A DNA stretch of 64,000 nt, taken from Candidatus Methylomirabilota bacterium (GTDB lineage: Bacteria > Methylomirabilota > Methylomirabilia > Rokubacteriales > CSP1-6). Shown piece after piece: positions 54,787-63,347 of this stretch. A model generated the notes under the pieces. The model ran no database searches. It saw nothing but the letters and a program-made list of their open reading frames with translations, and was not told where the DNA came from. Location of the stretch: contig DATEDO010000024.1 of NCBI GenBank assembly GCA_035281625.1, forward strand, positions 266 to 64,265. The letters run 5' to 3'. A program made the translations under genes and the position numbers. Position 1 is the stretch's first letter; the number at the start of each line of letters is the position of its first letter.

Positions 54787-56341
54787 CCCGCTGCGCGCCG
54801 GGCCGGCCGCTCTCCACCACGAAGCTGGCGTGGGTGCGAATGCGGGAGCGCGGGTTGGCCACGCTGTCGAGCGCCTGCAGCTCGGTGGTCCAGCGCTCCG
54901 GCGTGACCGTGCAGCGCGTGTAGCCGCGCCGCTCGCCCTCGAAGTATCGGACATGGGGACTCTCGGCGATGGCGCGCAGCATGGTTCCGATGGGCGGCCC
55001 CGCCGATGAGATGGACGTGCCGACGAACTCGGTGGCGATGGCGGGCTCGCTCTCGGTGAAGTCCACCTTGAGATCCGTCACCCAGTAGGAGTGGGCATCG
55101 CCGCCGAGGACCACCGGATTCGCCACGCGCGCGTCCCGGAGATGCGCGAGGATACGCCGGCGCTCCCCCGCGTAGCCGTCCCAGCCGTCGGTCCAGATCA
55201 CGTCGGTGCCCCATGGCGTGCGCCGCCGGAGCTGCGCCATGAGCTGCTGCTGGGCGAGCACGTTCCAGCGGGCGCCCGAGGCGGCGAGCCCCTCGAAGAG
55301 CCAGCGCTCCTGCTCCGGCCCCAGACGGGTCTGGGCCGGACTCGACCGGGCCGAGCAGCCATCGACGACCTGCCCGCCTCCGCGCAGCCCGTCCCCGCAT
55401 ACCTGCGGCGCCCGGTACTGGCGGCTGTCCAGGACGAAGAAGTCGGCGAGCGCGCCCCAGCCCAGCCGTCCGTAGACGCGCATCTCCGGCGCGGGGAGAC
55501 GCACCGCGGGCCGCAGCGGCATGTGCTCGTAGTAGGCCTGATACGCGGCGAGCCGGCGCCGGCGGAAGATCGCGGGATCGTCACGGAGCTGGGAGTGATC
55601 AGCCGCGTAGTCGTTCGATACCTCGTGGTCGTCCCACGTGACGATCCACGGGTGCGCCGCGTGCGCCCCTTGCAAGGCGGGGTCGGTCTTGTACAGCGCG
55701 TGCCGGCGCCGATAGCCCTCGAGATCGGTGGGCTCGGGGGTGCCGTGCTGGCGCAAGGTGGTCCGCCGCCACGAGCCTTCGTAGATGTAGTCGCCGAGAT
55801 GGACGACGAGGTCGAGGTCGTCGGCCTGCATGTGGTGATAGGCCGCGTAGTGCCCCACCTCCCAGTGCTGGCAGGACGCGAACGCGAAGCGCAGCCGCGG
55901 CGACACGGCGGCGGGAGGGGGAGCGGTGCGCGTCCGCCCGACGACCGAGGCGTCCGACCCGGCGCGAAAGCGATACCAGTAGGGGCGCTCGGCGTCGAGC
56001 CCGGCCACCTCGACATGGAGGGAGTGCGCGCGCGCGGGCGCGGCGGTGGCGACCCCGTGCTGCACCACCTGCTGCATGCCCTCGTCCGTGGCGACCTCCC
56101 ACTCGACCGTGACGGGATCCGGGCCCATGCCCCCGCCGGGGGCGAGGGGATCGGGGGCCAGCCGTGTCCACAGCACGAAGCCGTCGGGCCGGGGATCGCC
56201 CGACGCCACGCCCAGCTTGAAGGGATAGTCCGCGAATCGGGCTTGCCCCCGCGAGAGGCGGGGCCGGAGCGCGCCACCGAGGACGAGCGCGCCCACGGCC
56301 CCCGCGCCCGTGAGCAGGCGGCGGCGGCTCACCGTGGACAT
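54779..56341 (-). CDS. phoD: alkaline phosphatase D (PhoD) family, Tat-exported
   Basis: Twin-arginine leader VSRRRLLTGAGAV. PhoD motifs GVASGDP, HLGDYIYE and TWDDHEVSNDY. 520 aa. Confidence 0.92.
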   Translation of the reverse strand: MSTVSRRRLLTGAGAVGALVLGGALRPRLSRGQARFADYPFKLGVASGDPRPDGFVLWTRLAPDPLAPGGGMGPDPVTVEWEVATDEGMQQVVQHGVATAAPARAHSLHVEVAGLDAERPYWYRFRAGSDASVVGRTRTAPPPAAVSPRLRFAFASCQHWEVGHYAAYHHMQADDLDLVVHLGDYIYEGSWRRTTLRQHGTPEPTDLEGYRRRHALYKTDPALQGAHAAHPWIVTWDDHEVSNDYAADHSQLRDDPAIFRRRRLAAYQAYYEHMPLRPAVRLPAPEMRVYGRLGWGALADFFVLDSRQYRAPQVCGDGLRGGGQVVDGCSARSSPAQTRLGPEQERWLFEGLAASGARWNVLAQQQLMAQLRRRTPWGTDVIWTDGWDGYAGERRRILAHLRDARVANPVVLGGDAHSYWVTDLKVDFTESEPAIATEFVGTSISSAGPPIGTMLRAIAESPHVRYFEGERRGYTRCTVTPERWTTELQALDSVANPRSRIRTHASFVVESGRPGAQRAT

Positions 56342-56351
56342 GGCGATCGCT

Positions 56352-56379
56352 CTGTCATCGCGATGACGTCATGCATGAC
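56352..56379. promoter_or_regulatory. array of overlapping GTCAT/ATGAC palindromes (Pho-box-like half-site CTGTCAT) immediately upstream of phoD
   Basis: GTCATCGCGATGAC (56354-56367) abuts GTCATGCATGAC (56368-56379). The junction forms TGACGTCA. CTGTCAT at 56352-56358. Confidence 0.4.
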
Positions 56380-56445
56380 ACTCCGTCCCTGGGCGCGAAA
56401 TTCCTGTTCCGGTGGATTCTCGCTCATCTGGCGCGCGAGCGCGGG

Positions 56446-56461
56446 TGGCACCCGCCCTGCA
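56446..56461 (+). promoter_or_regulatory. sigma54 (-24/-12) promoter candidate upstream of the pilin-like gene
   Basis: TGGCACCCGCCCTGCA versus consensus TGGCACG-N4-TTGCA. The GG and GC dinucleotides are correctly spaced. 49 nt upstream of ATG 56510. Confidence 0.5.
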
Positions 56462-56509
56462 TCATACCGCGCCGTGCCGCAGCTCAATCCCTCATCAGGA
56501 GGACCTTTG

Positions 56510-56920
<411 letters not shown>

Positions 56921-56958
56921 CCCTCGCCGCCCGGCCGGGGCGGGAGTAGACTGTCGCC

Positions 56959-57468
56959 ATGCGACGGTCGCGCGTGATGGCGATGGTGCTCGTCGTGCTG
57001 GCGGTCGCCGCGGGCTGCGCGTCTTCCTCGGGCCTCCGCTACAAGCCGGAGGCGCCGGGCGTCGGCGCTCGCGTGGCCGCCGACTACATGGTGCTCGCGG
57101 ATCGCGTGCGCGTGGAGATCGACACTCGCGGCACCCGGCTGGAGGACGCTCAGATCCTGCGTCCCGACGGCAGCGGGGTGCGGCCGCAGACGGTCGAGTA
57201 CCCCGTGTACAACTACAATCCGAGCGGCGTCACCTTCGGAATCGGGATGGGTCGCTCGAGCTACGGCGGCGGGGGGACCGCGGTGGGGACGGGAGTCGGG
57301 TTCGGCACGACGATGCCCGTGGGTGACGCCGTGGCGGATGGCAACACGGTGCTGTACTTCGCGCTCGACCAGATCGGGCCGGCTCCGTGGCGACTGCGGG
57401 CGCAGCTCGCCGGCCTCGGGGTGGCCATCTTCAATTTGGGGACCGACCCGAGCGCGCCGCCCAAGTGA
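56959..57468 (+). CDS. putative lipoprotein with Gly-rich segment
   Basis: Lipobox LAVAAGC. Gly-rich stretch GIGMGRSSYGGGGTAVGTGVGFG. No family recognised. Confidence 0.65.
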   Translation: MRRSRVMAMVLVVLAVAAGCASSSGLRYKPEAPGVGARVAADYMVLADRVRVEIDTRGTRLEDAQILRPDGSGVRPQTVEYPVYNYNPSGVTFGIGMGRSSYGGGGTAVGTGVGFGTTMPVGDAVADGNTVLYFALDQIGPAPWRLRAQLAGLGVAIFNLGTDPSAPPK

Positions 57469-57492
57469 GCGGCGCGCCCGGGACCGGCCGGG

Positions 57493-57924
57493 CTACCGAT
57501 CGGCGAGGACGAGCAGCGGAACCGTGGTCTTTCGCCGGAGCGCCGTCGCCATCGAGCCGAAGAGACGCCCGAACCAGCCGCGCCGCGGCTCGGTGAGCGC
57601 CACGAGATCGGCTCCGAACGCCTCCGCCTCGCGGGCGATCTCCTCCGCGACGTCACCGAACCGCACCACCGGTTCCACCGGAACACCGTCGAGCTGGGCC
57701 TGGGCCCCGCGCAGGTAGTCGAGCCGGCTGTACGTGACCCGCTCCACTTCCTGGCTCTCGTAGGCCACGACCCGTCCATAATCCCCGAACTTCTGCTCCG
57801 GTGCTCGCGCCACATTCACGAGGCGGACCGTCGCCCCGCTGCTACGGGCGATATCGGCGACGATGGGCAGGACGGCCTCGGCATGCTCGCTCCGGTCCAG
57901 CGGAACCAGAATTCGCTTTGCCAT
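57493..57924 (-). CDS. universal stress protein (UspA family)
   Basis: KRILVPLDRSEHAE N-terminus and Usp-type C-terminus (ADLVALT...GS...PLLVL). AAGGAGGA upstream. Confidence 0.88.
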   Translation of the reverse strand: MAKRILVPLDRSEHAEAVLPIVADIARSSGATVRLVNVARAPEQKFGDYGRVVAYESQEVERVTYSRLDYLRGAQAQLDGVPVEPVVRFGDVAEEIAREAEAFGADLVALTEPRRGWFGRLFGSMATALRRKTTVPLLVLADR

Positions 57925-58042
57925 GATCGCGTCCTCCTTTCTGTCGCTCTTTAGAGGGCGGGGCGGGCTCGAGGGATTCCGGCCTTCCGATCGGAATCCC
58001 CGCGCTCCCGTGGCGCATCTCTAGAGGCGGGAGGAAACCGTC

Positions 58043-58405
58043 ATGGGCGCAATCCTTGTAGGGCTGCTCGTGCTGGCGATGGTGGCGGTGCCGCTCATGC
58101 TCGCCGTCCGGTCTGACCGCCGGCGGGAGCGCGCGGATGTGGTGGCGGCGGCCGTCCGCTCGGCCGTTCGACAGCGGCTGGGTGGTGACGCATTCGTTAC
58201 CGTCGAGGTGAAGGCGCCCGGCTTCGCCACGCGTGGCCGGGTGGTGCTCGAGGCGCCGGTCGGCTACGGCTGGATGCTGGAGCGCGTCTGGACCGCGGTG
58301 GCGCCGCGCGTGCCCGCGGGCTACGACCTCGTCGTGAGCCGTGCGGACGGCGCCGAGGCGCCGGCTGTCCCGGCCGCCGCGCCGAACCTTCGCCGCGCTG
58401 CCTGA
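58043..58405 (+). CDS. hypothetical membrane-anchored protein
   Basis: ATG 58043 follows GGGAGGA. N-terminal TM helix. No family recognised. Confidence 0.45.
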   Translation: MGAILVGLLVLAMVAVPLMLAVRSDRRRERADVVAAAVRSAVRQRLGGDAFVTVEVKAPGFATRGRVVLEAPVGYGWMLERVWTAVAPRVPAGYDLVVSRADGAEAPAVPAAAPNLRRAA

Positions 58406-58450
58406 TCGCCCGTACGACGCGGGGGCGGCCCCCTCGGGCGCGCCTCCCGC

Positions 58451-59719
58451 GTGGTACGATCCGTCGTCGTGACGGATCCCGCCGCCATCGGCTTTCGCGT
58501 CATCGTCCTCCTCTCCGCCCTCACCGCCGTCAGCCAGTTCTATCGCGCGTCCCTCTCCGCCATCGCCCCCGAGCTGTCCCGCGATCTCGCGCTGTCGCCC
58601 GAAGCGCTCGGCATGGCCAACGGCGCCTTCTTCCTGTCGCTCGGCGTGGTCCAGCTGCCGGTGGGCATGCTGTTCGACCGATACGGTCCGCGCCGGATCA
58701 TCGGCGCCCTCACCGGCCTGGTCGTGGCCGGCTCGCTCCTCCACGCCGCCGCCACCACGCCGGCCGCCCTCATCGCCGCGCGCGCGCTCATCGGACTCGG
58801 CTGCGCGGGCTCCTTCATGGGCGCGGTGGTGCTCTGCCATCGCTGGTTCGGAGGCGTACGCTTCACCACCGCGCTCTCGTGGATCTTCGCCCTCTCGAAT
58901 CTCGGTACGCTCGCCGCAGCCACGCCGCTCGCCGTCGTGACCACCGCGGTGGGGTGGCGTCGCGCCTTCGTGGGCGCCGCCGCGCTCACCGTGCTGGTCG
59001 GGGTGGCCTTTCACGCCCTCGTGCGCGATGCGCCGCCCGGCACGGCGCCGGTGGTGGCGCGGGAGCGCCTCGGGGAGATCCTGCGGGGTCTCGCCGCGGT
59101 GTGGCGGAGCCCCGGGCTGCCCCGCGTGCTCGCCATCCACACCTTCGCCTACGCCAGCATGATCACGATTCTCGGGCTCTGGGCCGGTCCGTATCTGCAC
59201 GACGTGCACGGGCTAACCCCGCTGGCGCGCGGCAATGTCCTGCTCGCGATGGGGCTGGCCCAGATCGCCGGCATCCTCGCCTACGGTCCGCTCGACCGCG
59301 TCTTCAACACGCGCAAGCGGGTGGTGATGGCCGGCGCCGCCGGGTCGATCGCGCTCCTCGCCGCCCTCGCGATGGCGCCGCGCCCGCCGGTGTGGCTCGC
59401 GGTGCTGCTCCTCGTCGCCTTCTGTCTCGTCACCGCGTACGGCATCGTGATCGTCGCGCATGGCCGGAGCCTCTTCCCCGAGGCGCTGGCGGGGCGCGGC
59501 GTCACCACCGTGAATTTGGCCCAGGTGGCGGGCAGCGCGGGCCTGCCCATCCTGACCGGCGCGCTGGTGGGCGCCTTCCCGGCGGTGGGCGGCGTGGCGC
59601 CGGCGGCCGCGTACCGCGCGGTGTGGATCTTCATAGCTGTCGCCCTGGCGGCCGGCCTGGCCGTCTACGCGGGCGCGCGCGACGCGCCGCCCCGGGAGGA
59701 GATGCGATGGGCACGCTGA
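58451..59719 (+). CDS. MFS transporter
   Basis: About 12 hydrophobic segments. MFS loop motif GMLFDRYGPRR. GTG 58451 or GTG 58469. Confidence 0.88.
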   Translation: MVRSVVVTDPAAIGFRVIVLLSALTAVSQFYRASLSAIAPELSRDLALSPEALGMANGAFFLSLGVVQLPVGMLFDRYGPRRIIGALTGLVVAGSLLHAAATTPAALIAARALIGLGCAGSFMGAVVLCHRWFGGVRFTTALSWIFALSNLGTLAAATPLAVVTTAVGWRRAFVGAAALTVLVGVAFHALVRDAPPGTAPVVARERLGEILRGLAAVWRSPGLPRVLAIHTFAYASMITILGLWAGPYLHDVHGLTPLARGNVLLAMGLAQIAGILAYGPLDRVFNTRKRVVMAGAAGSIALLAALAMAPRPPVWLAVLLLVAFCLVTAYGIVIVAHGRSLFPEALAGRGVTTVNLAQVAGSAGLPILTGALVGAFPAVGGVAPAAAYRAVWIFIAVALAAGLAVYAGARDAPPREEMRWAR

Positions 59720-60549
59720 GCGGCAAGGTGGCCATGATCACGGGCAGCGGCGGCGAGTCGGGCTTCGGCCGCGCCATCGCGCAGCGCTTCGCCGCCGAGG
59801 GCGCCGATCTCGTGCTGACCGACGTGGCGCCCACCGGGACCAAGGTGGTATCGGCCAAGCCCGCCTCGGGCTGGGGCGGGCTGGAGGCGGTGGCGGCAGA
59901 GGCGCGCGCCGCCGGCGGCCGGGCCCTCACCGCCATCGTGGACGTGCGCTCCGCCGTCACCATCGAGGCCGCGGTGAAGCAGGCCCTGGACACGTTCGGG
60001 CGCCTCGATGTCCTGGTGAGCAATGCGGCGGCGCCCCCGGGCGCGGATCGGGTCCCCGTGGCGGACCTCACGGAGGCGGCGTGGGACCTGGTCCAGGACG
60101 TGAACCTCAAGGGGACCTTCCTCTGCGCCCGGGCCGCGGCGCGCGCCATGCTCGCGGGCCATCGGGGCGGCCGCATCATCACGATGTCCTCGAACTGCGG
60201 CCGGCGGGGCTATGCGGGCATGGCCGCCTACTGCGCCTCCAAGTTCGGCGTGATCGGACTCACCCAGTCGCTGGCCCTCGAGCTCGCGCCGGCCGGCATC
60301 ACCGCGAACGCGATCTGCCCGGGCCCCGCCGAGACGGACCGGCTCGATTTTCTCGGGCGCCGCGCCGACGGCAGCTACGATCCGGCGCAGCGCGCCGCCG
60401 CCATTCGCGAGCGGGCGGCGACCATCCCCGTGGGCCGGCTCGCCACGACGGACGACGTCGCCGCGCTGGCGGTCTTCCTGGCCGGCAACGGCTCGGCCCA
60501 TATCACGGGGCAGGCCATCAACGTCTCGGGCGGGGCCATCCTGCATTGA
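59707..60549 (+). CDS. SDR family oxidoreductase
   Basis: ATG 59707, overlapping the MFS end. ITGSGGESGFGRA, NAA, YCASKFG. 280 aa. Confidence 0.9.
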   Translation: MGTLSGKVAMITGSGGESGFGRAIAQRFAAEGADLVLTDVAPTGTKVVSAKPASGWGGLEAVAAEARAAGGRALTAIVDVRSAVTIEAAVKQALDTFGRLDVLVSNAAAPPGADRVPVADLTEAAWDLVQDVNLKGTFLCARAAARAMLAGHRGGRIITMSSNCGRRGYAGMAAYCASKFGVIGLTQSLALELAPAGITANAICPGPAETDRLDFLGRRADGSYDPAQRAAAIRERAATIPVGRLATTDDVAALAVFLAGNGSAHITGQAINVSGGAILH

Positions 60550-60594
60550 GCGGGCGCATCTGATACGATGCCCCCCCGGCAAGGAGGTCCGTGA

Positions 60595-61884
60595 ATGAAG
60601 TTCGGCATCTTCTACGAGCATCAGCTGCCGCGTCCGTGGACGGACGGCGGCGAGCAGCGGCTGTTCCAGGATGCGCTCGACCAGGTGGAGCTGGCCGACC
60701 GCCTGGGCATCGACTACGCCTGGGAAGTGGAGCATCACTTTCTCGAGGAGTACTCGCACTCCTCCGCGCCCGAGGTGTTCCTGGCCGCTGCCTCGCAGCG
60801 CACCCGGCGCATCCGTCTGGGGCACGGCATCGTCTTGATGCCGCCCGCCTACAACCCGCCCGCCCGGGTGGCCGAGCGCATCGCCACCCTCGATCTCGTG
60901 TCCAACGGCCGCGTGGACTGGGGCACCGGCGAGTCGGCATCGCGCGCGGAGCTCGAGGGATTCGCCATCGACCCCAACGAGCGGCGGGCGATGTGGCGGG
61001 AGACGGTCGAACAGGTCGCCAACATGATGGTGATGGACCCCTACCCGGGCTTTGACGGCAAATACTTCTCCATGCCGGTGCGAAACGTGGTGCCCAAGCC
61101 CGTGCAGAAGCCGCACCCGCCGCTCTGGGTGGCCTGCTCCAACCGGAACACCATCCACCTCGCGGCCCAGCTGGGCATCGGGGCGCTGACCTTCGCCTTC
61201 ATCGATCCCGCCGAAGCGCGCCAGTGGGTGGACGATTACTACGAGACGTTCAAGAAAGAATGCGTGCCCATCGGGCACGCGGTGAATCCGAACATCGCTA
61301 TGGTGACGTCGTTCTCCTGCCATCCGGACGAGGGGGAGGCGCGCCGGCGCGGCACCGACGGCTTCCGCTTCTTCCAGTTCGCCCTGGGCCATCACTACTC
61401 CTTCGGCACCCACAAGCCCGGGCGCACCAATATCTGGAACAAGTACGTGGCGGTGCGCGATGCCATGGGGATGGAGCTGATGGGCGGCGGGACCGGCGGC
61501 ATCGGTACGCCCGCTCAGCTCGGCGATCACCTGCGGAGCTTCGAGGCGGCGGGGGTGGACCAGACGGTGTTCATCCAGCAGGGCGGCAAGAACCAGCACG
61601 AGCACATCTGCGAGGCGCTCCAGCTGTTCGCCGGCGAGGTCATGCCGGAGTTCGTCGAGCGCGAAGCACGACGTGCGATCGGGAAAGCCCGGGAGCTGGC
61701 GCCCTATGTCGACGCCGCGTTCGAGCGCAAGGAGCGGCTCAAGCCCCTCGCCGACGCGGACATCCCCAGCTACCCCGCCTACGGGCTCACCGTCGCCGAA
61801 GTGGATCTGTCCACGCTGCCCGAGGCCAATCGCCAGCGCACGCTCGTCTTCCGGAAAATGCGCGAGATCATGGAGCGTTCATGA
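60595..61884 (+). CDS. LLM-class (luciferase-like) flavin-dependent oxidoreductase
   Basis: MKFGIFYEHQLPRPW, EHHFLEEYS, LDLVSNGRVDWGTGES. 429 aa. Confidence 0.9.
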   Translation: MKFGIFYEHQLPRPWTDGGEQRLFQDALDQVELADRLGIDYAWEVEHHFLEEYSHSSAPEVFLAAASQRTRRIRLGHGIVLMPPAYNPPARVAERIATLDLVSNGRVDWGTGESASRAELEGFAIDPNERRAMWRETVEQVANMMVMDPYPGFDGKYFSMPVRNVVPKPVQKPHPPLWVACSNRNTIHLAAQLGIGALTFAFIDPAEARQWVDDYYETFKKECVPIGHAVNPNIAMVTSFSCHPDEGEARRRGTDGFRFFQFALGHHYSFGTHKPGRTNIWNKYVAVRDAMGMELMGGGTGGIGTPAQLGDHLRSFEAAGVDQTVFIQQGGKNQHEHICEALQLFAGEVMPEFVEREARRAIGKARELAPYVDAAFERKERLKPLADADIPSYPAYGLTVAEVDLSTLPEANRQRTLVFRKMREIMERS

Positions 61885-62255
61885 AAGCCGCTCGCATCTA
61901 CACCGGCGCCGACGGGCGCTCGCATTTCGAGGACCTGGACATCCCCCTCAAGCCCAGCAGCTACGGCACGCTGTCGGATCTCGTCCCCTCGTCCGGGGTC
62001 ATCTTCCGCGAGACGCCGGTAGGCGGCGCGCTGGACTTCCACGTCGCCCCGCGGCGGCAGTTCGTGATCACGCTGGCCGGTCTCGTCGAGGTCGAGTGCG
62101 GTGATGGTACCAAGCGTCGCTTCGGTCCCGGCGACATCATGCTCGCCGACGACACGACGGGGCAGGGGCACATCACGCGCGAGATCCAGGGGCCGCGCCG
62201 CAGCCTGTTCATCCCCCTTCCGGAGAGCTTCGACACCCGGCCCTGGAAGGTCTGA
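61881..62255 (+). CDS. small cupin-like protein
   Basis: ATGA overlap with the LLM stop. 124 aa. HVAPRRQFVITLAG...GPGDIMLADD...GHITR pattern. Confidence 0.6.
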   Translation: MKAARIYTGADGRSHFEDLDIPLKPSSYGTLSDLVPSSGVIFRETPVGGALDFHVAPRRQFVITLAGLVEVECGDGTKRRFGPGDIMLADDTTGQGHITREIQGPRRSLFIPLPESFDTRPWKV

Positions 62256-62260
62256 GCGGG

Positions 62261-62977
62261 GTGGCGCGCGTCCTGCTCGACCACATCGCCATCGGTTTGC
62301 CCCGCATCGCTGACGGGGCGCCGTTCCTCTCCGGCGTGCTCGGCGGGATTCCCTACGCCGGCGCGGCGTCCGCGGTGTTTCGCTGGGGGGCCTGGCGCTA
62401 CGCGGGCGGCGGCATGATCGAGGCCCTCGAGCCGCGGGGCGACGACGGATTCCTCCATCGCTTCCTCGCCCAGCGAGGGCCCGGCGTGCATCACGTGACC
62501 TTCAAGGTACCGAGCACGCGGGCGGTGTGCGACCGCGCCCGGGCCGCGGGCCTGACGCCCGTGGGCTTCGACGATTCCGATCCGCAGTGGATCGAGGCCT
62601 TCCTCCATCCCAAGGAGGCGCTCGGCATCGTGGTGCAGCTCGCCGAGTCGCGCGAGGGGGGCAGTGATCTCGGCACCCCACCGCCGGGAGTGCCCGGCGC
62701 GCCGCCGCCGGTCATCGTGCGGGGGCTGCGGCTGCGGGCTCACAGCCGGGCGCGGGCGGATCGGCAGTGGCTCGGCATCCTCCAGGGCGTGGCGGAAGAG
62801 ACCGGCGGCGGCGAGGTGACCTATCGCTGGCCGGGCTCCCCCATGCGGCTCGTGGTGGAGCTCGACCCCCGGGGCGACGAGGGCCCGCTCGGGATCGAGA
62901 TCGCCAGCGCGCGGCCGCTGGCGCTTCCCGTCGGCCCATACCCCCGACTGGGGGTGACCTTCACCCGTCGCAGCTAG
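62261..62977 (+). CDS. VOC (glyoxalase/dioxygenase) family protein
   Basis: GTG 62261. LDHIAIG and VHHVTFKV motifs typical of paired beta-alpha-beta-beta-beta modules. Confidence 0.7.
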   Translation: MARVLLDHIAIGLPRIADGAPFLSGVLGGIPYAGAASAVFRWGAWRYAGGGMIEALEPRGDDGFLHRFLAQRGPGVHHVTFKVPSTRAVCDRARAAGLTPVGFDDSDPQWIEAFLHPKEALGIVVQLAESREGGSDLGTPPPGVPGAPPPVIVRGLRLRAHSRARADRQWLGILQGVAEETGGGEVTYRWPGSPMRLVVELDPRGDEGPLGIEIASARPLALPVGPYPRLGVTFTRRS

Positions 62978-62995
62978 CGCGCGGCGCTCCCGCGC

Positions 62996-63024
62996 TTGAC
63001 CCCCTTCGGGGTTAGTCCTACACT
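62996..63024 (+). promoter_or_regulatory. sigma70-type promoter candidate upstream of the DUF4242 gene
   Basis: TTGACC (62996-63001), 17-nt spacer, TACACT (63019-63024). The spacer contains a CCCC-TTCG-GGGG mini-hairpin. Confidence 0.5.
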
Positions 63025-63075
63025 CGGTTCCGACCACGTCTCATCCCCGAGCCCTAGCTCACAGGAGGACGCACG

Positions 63076-63327
63076 GTGCCCCTCTATCTCGACGTCCACC
63101 ACAAGATTGATGGTCTCACCGGCGCCGCGGTCGGCGACGCGCATCAGAAGGACCTCGCGGTACAGCACAAGCACGGCGTGAACTACATCCGGTACTGGTA
63201 CGACGAGGGGACGGGGAAGGTCTTCTGTCTCGTCGAGGCGCCGAGCAAGGAAGCCGCCGAGGCGGTGCATCGCGAGGCCCACGGCCTCGTGGCCGACGAG
63301 ATCATCGAGGTGAAGGAAGGGGCGTAG
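63076..63327 (+). CDS. DUF4242 domain protein
   Basis: GTG 63076 follows AGGAGGA. MPLYLDVHH...YWYDEGTGKVFCLVEAPSKEAAEAVHREAHGLVADEI matches my recollection of DUF4242. Confidence 0.75.
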   Translation: MPLYLDVHHKIDGLTGAAVGDAHQKDLAVQHKHGVNYIRYWYDEGTGKVFCLVEAPSKEAAEAVHREAHGLVADEIIEVKEGA

Positions 63328-63347
63328 TCCCCGCCCGCACGGTCGCG

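Noticed and set aside
56343-56350. GCGATCGC octamer (identical to the cyanobacterial HIP1 palindrome) next to the phoD start.
   Set aside because: I noticed it only once in this window, so there is no evidence of over-representation. It is probably chance in GC-rich DNA.
57973-58000. 9-bp inverted repeat GGGATTCCG...CGGAATCCC (10-nt loop) flanked by TAGAGG(G)CGGG direct repeats in the usp/hypothetical-gene divergent region.
   Set aside because: It is real in the sequence, but I cannot tie it to any known element. The second direct repeat is largely the SD of the downstream gene. Too little evidence to call a regulator site.
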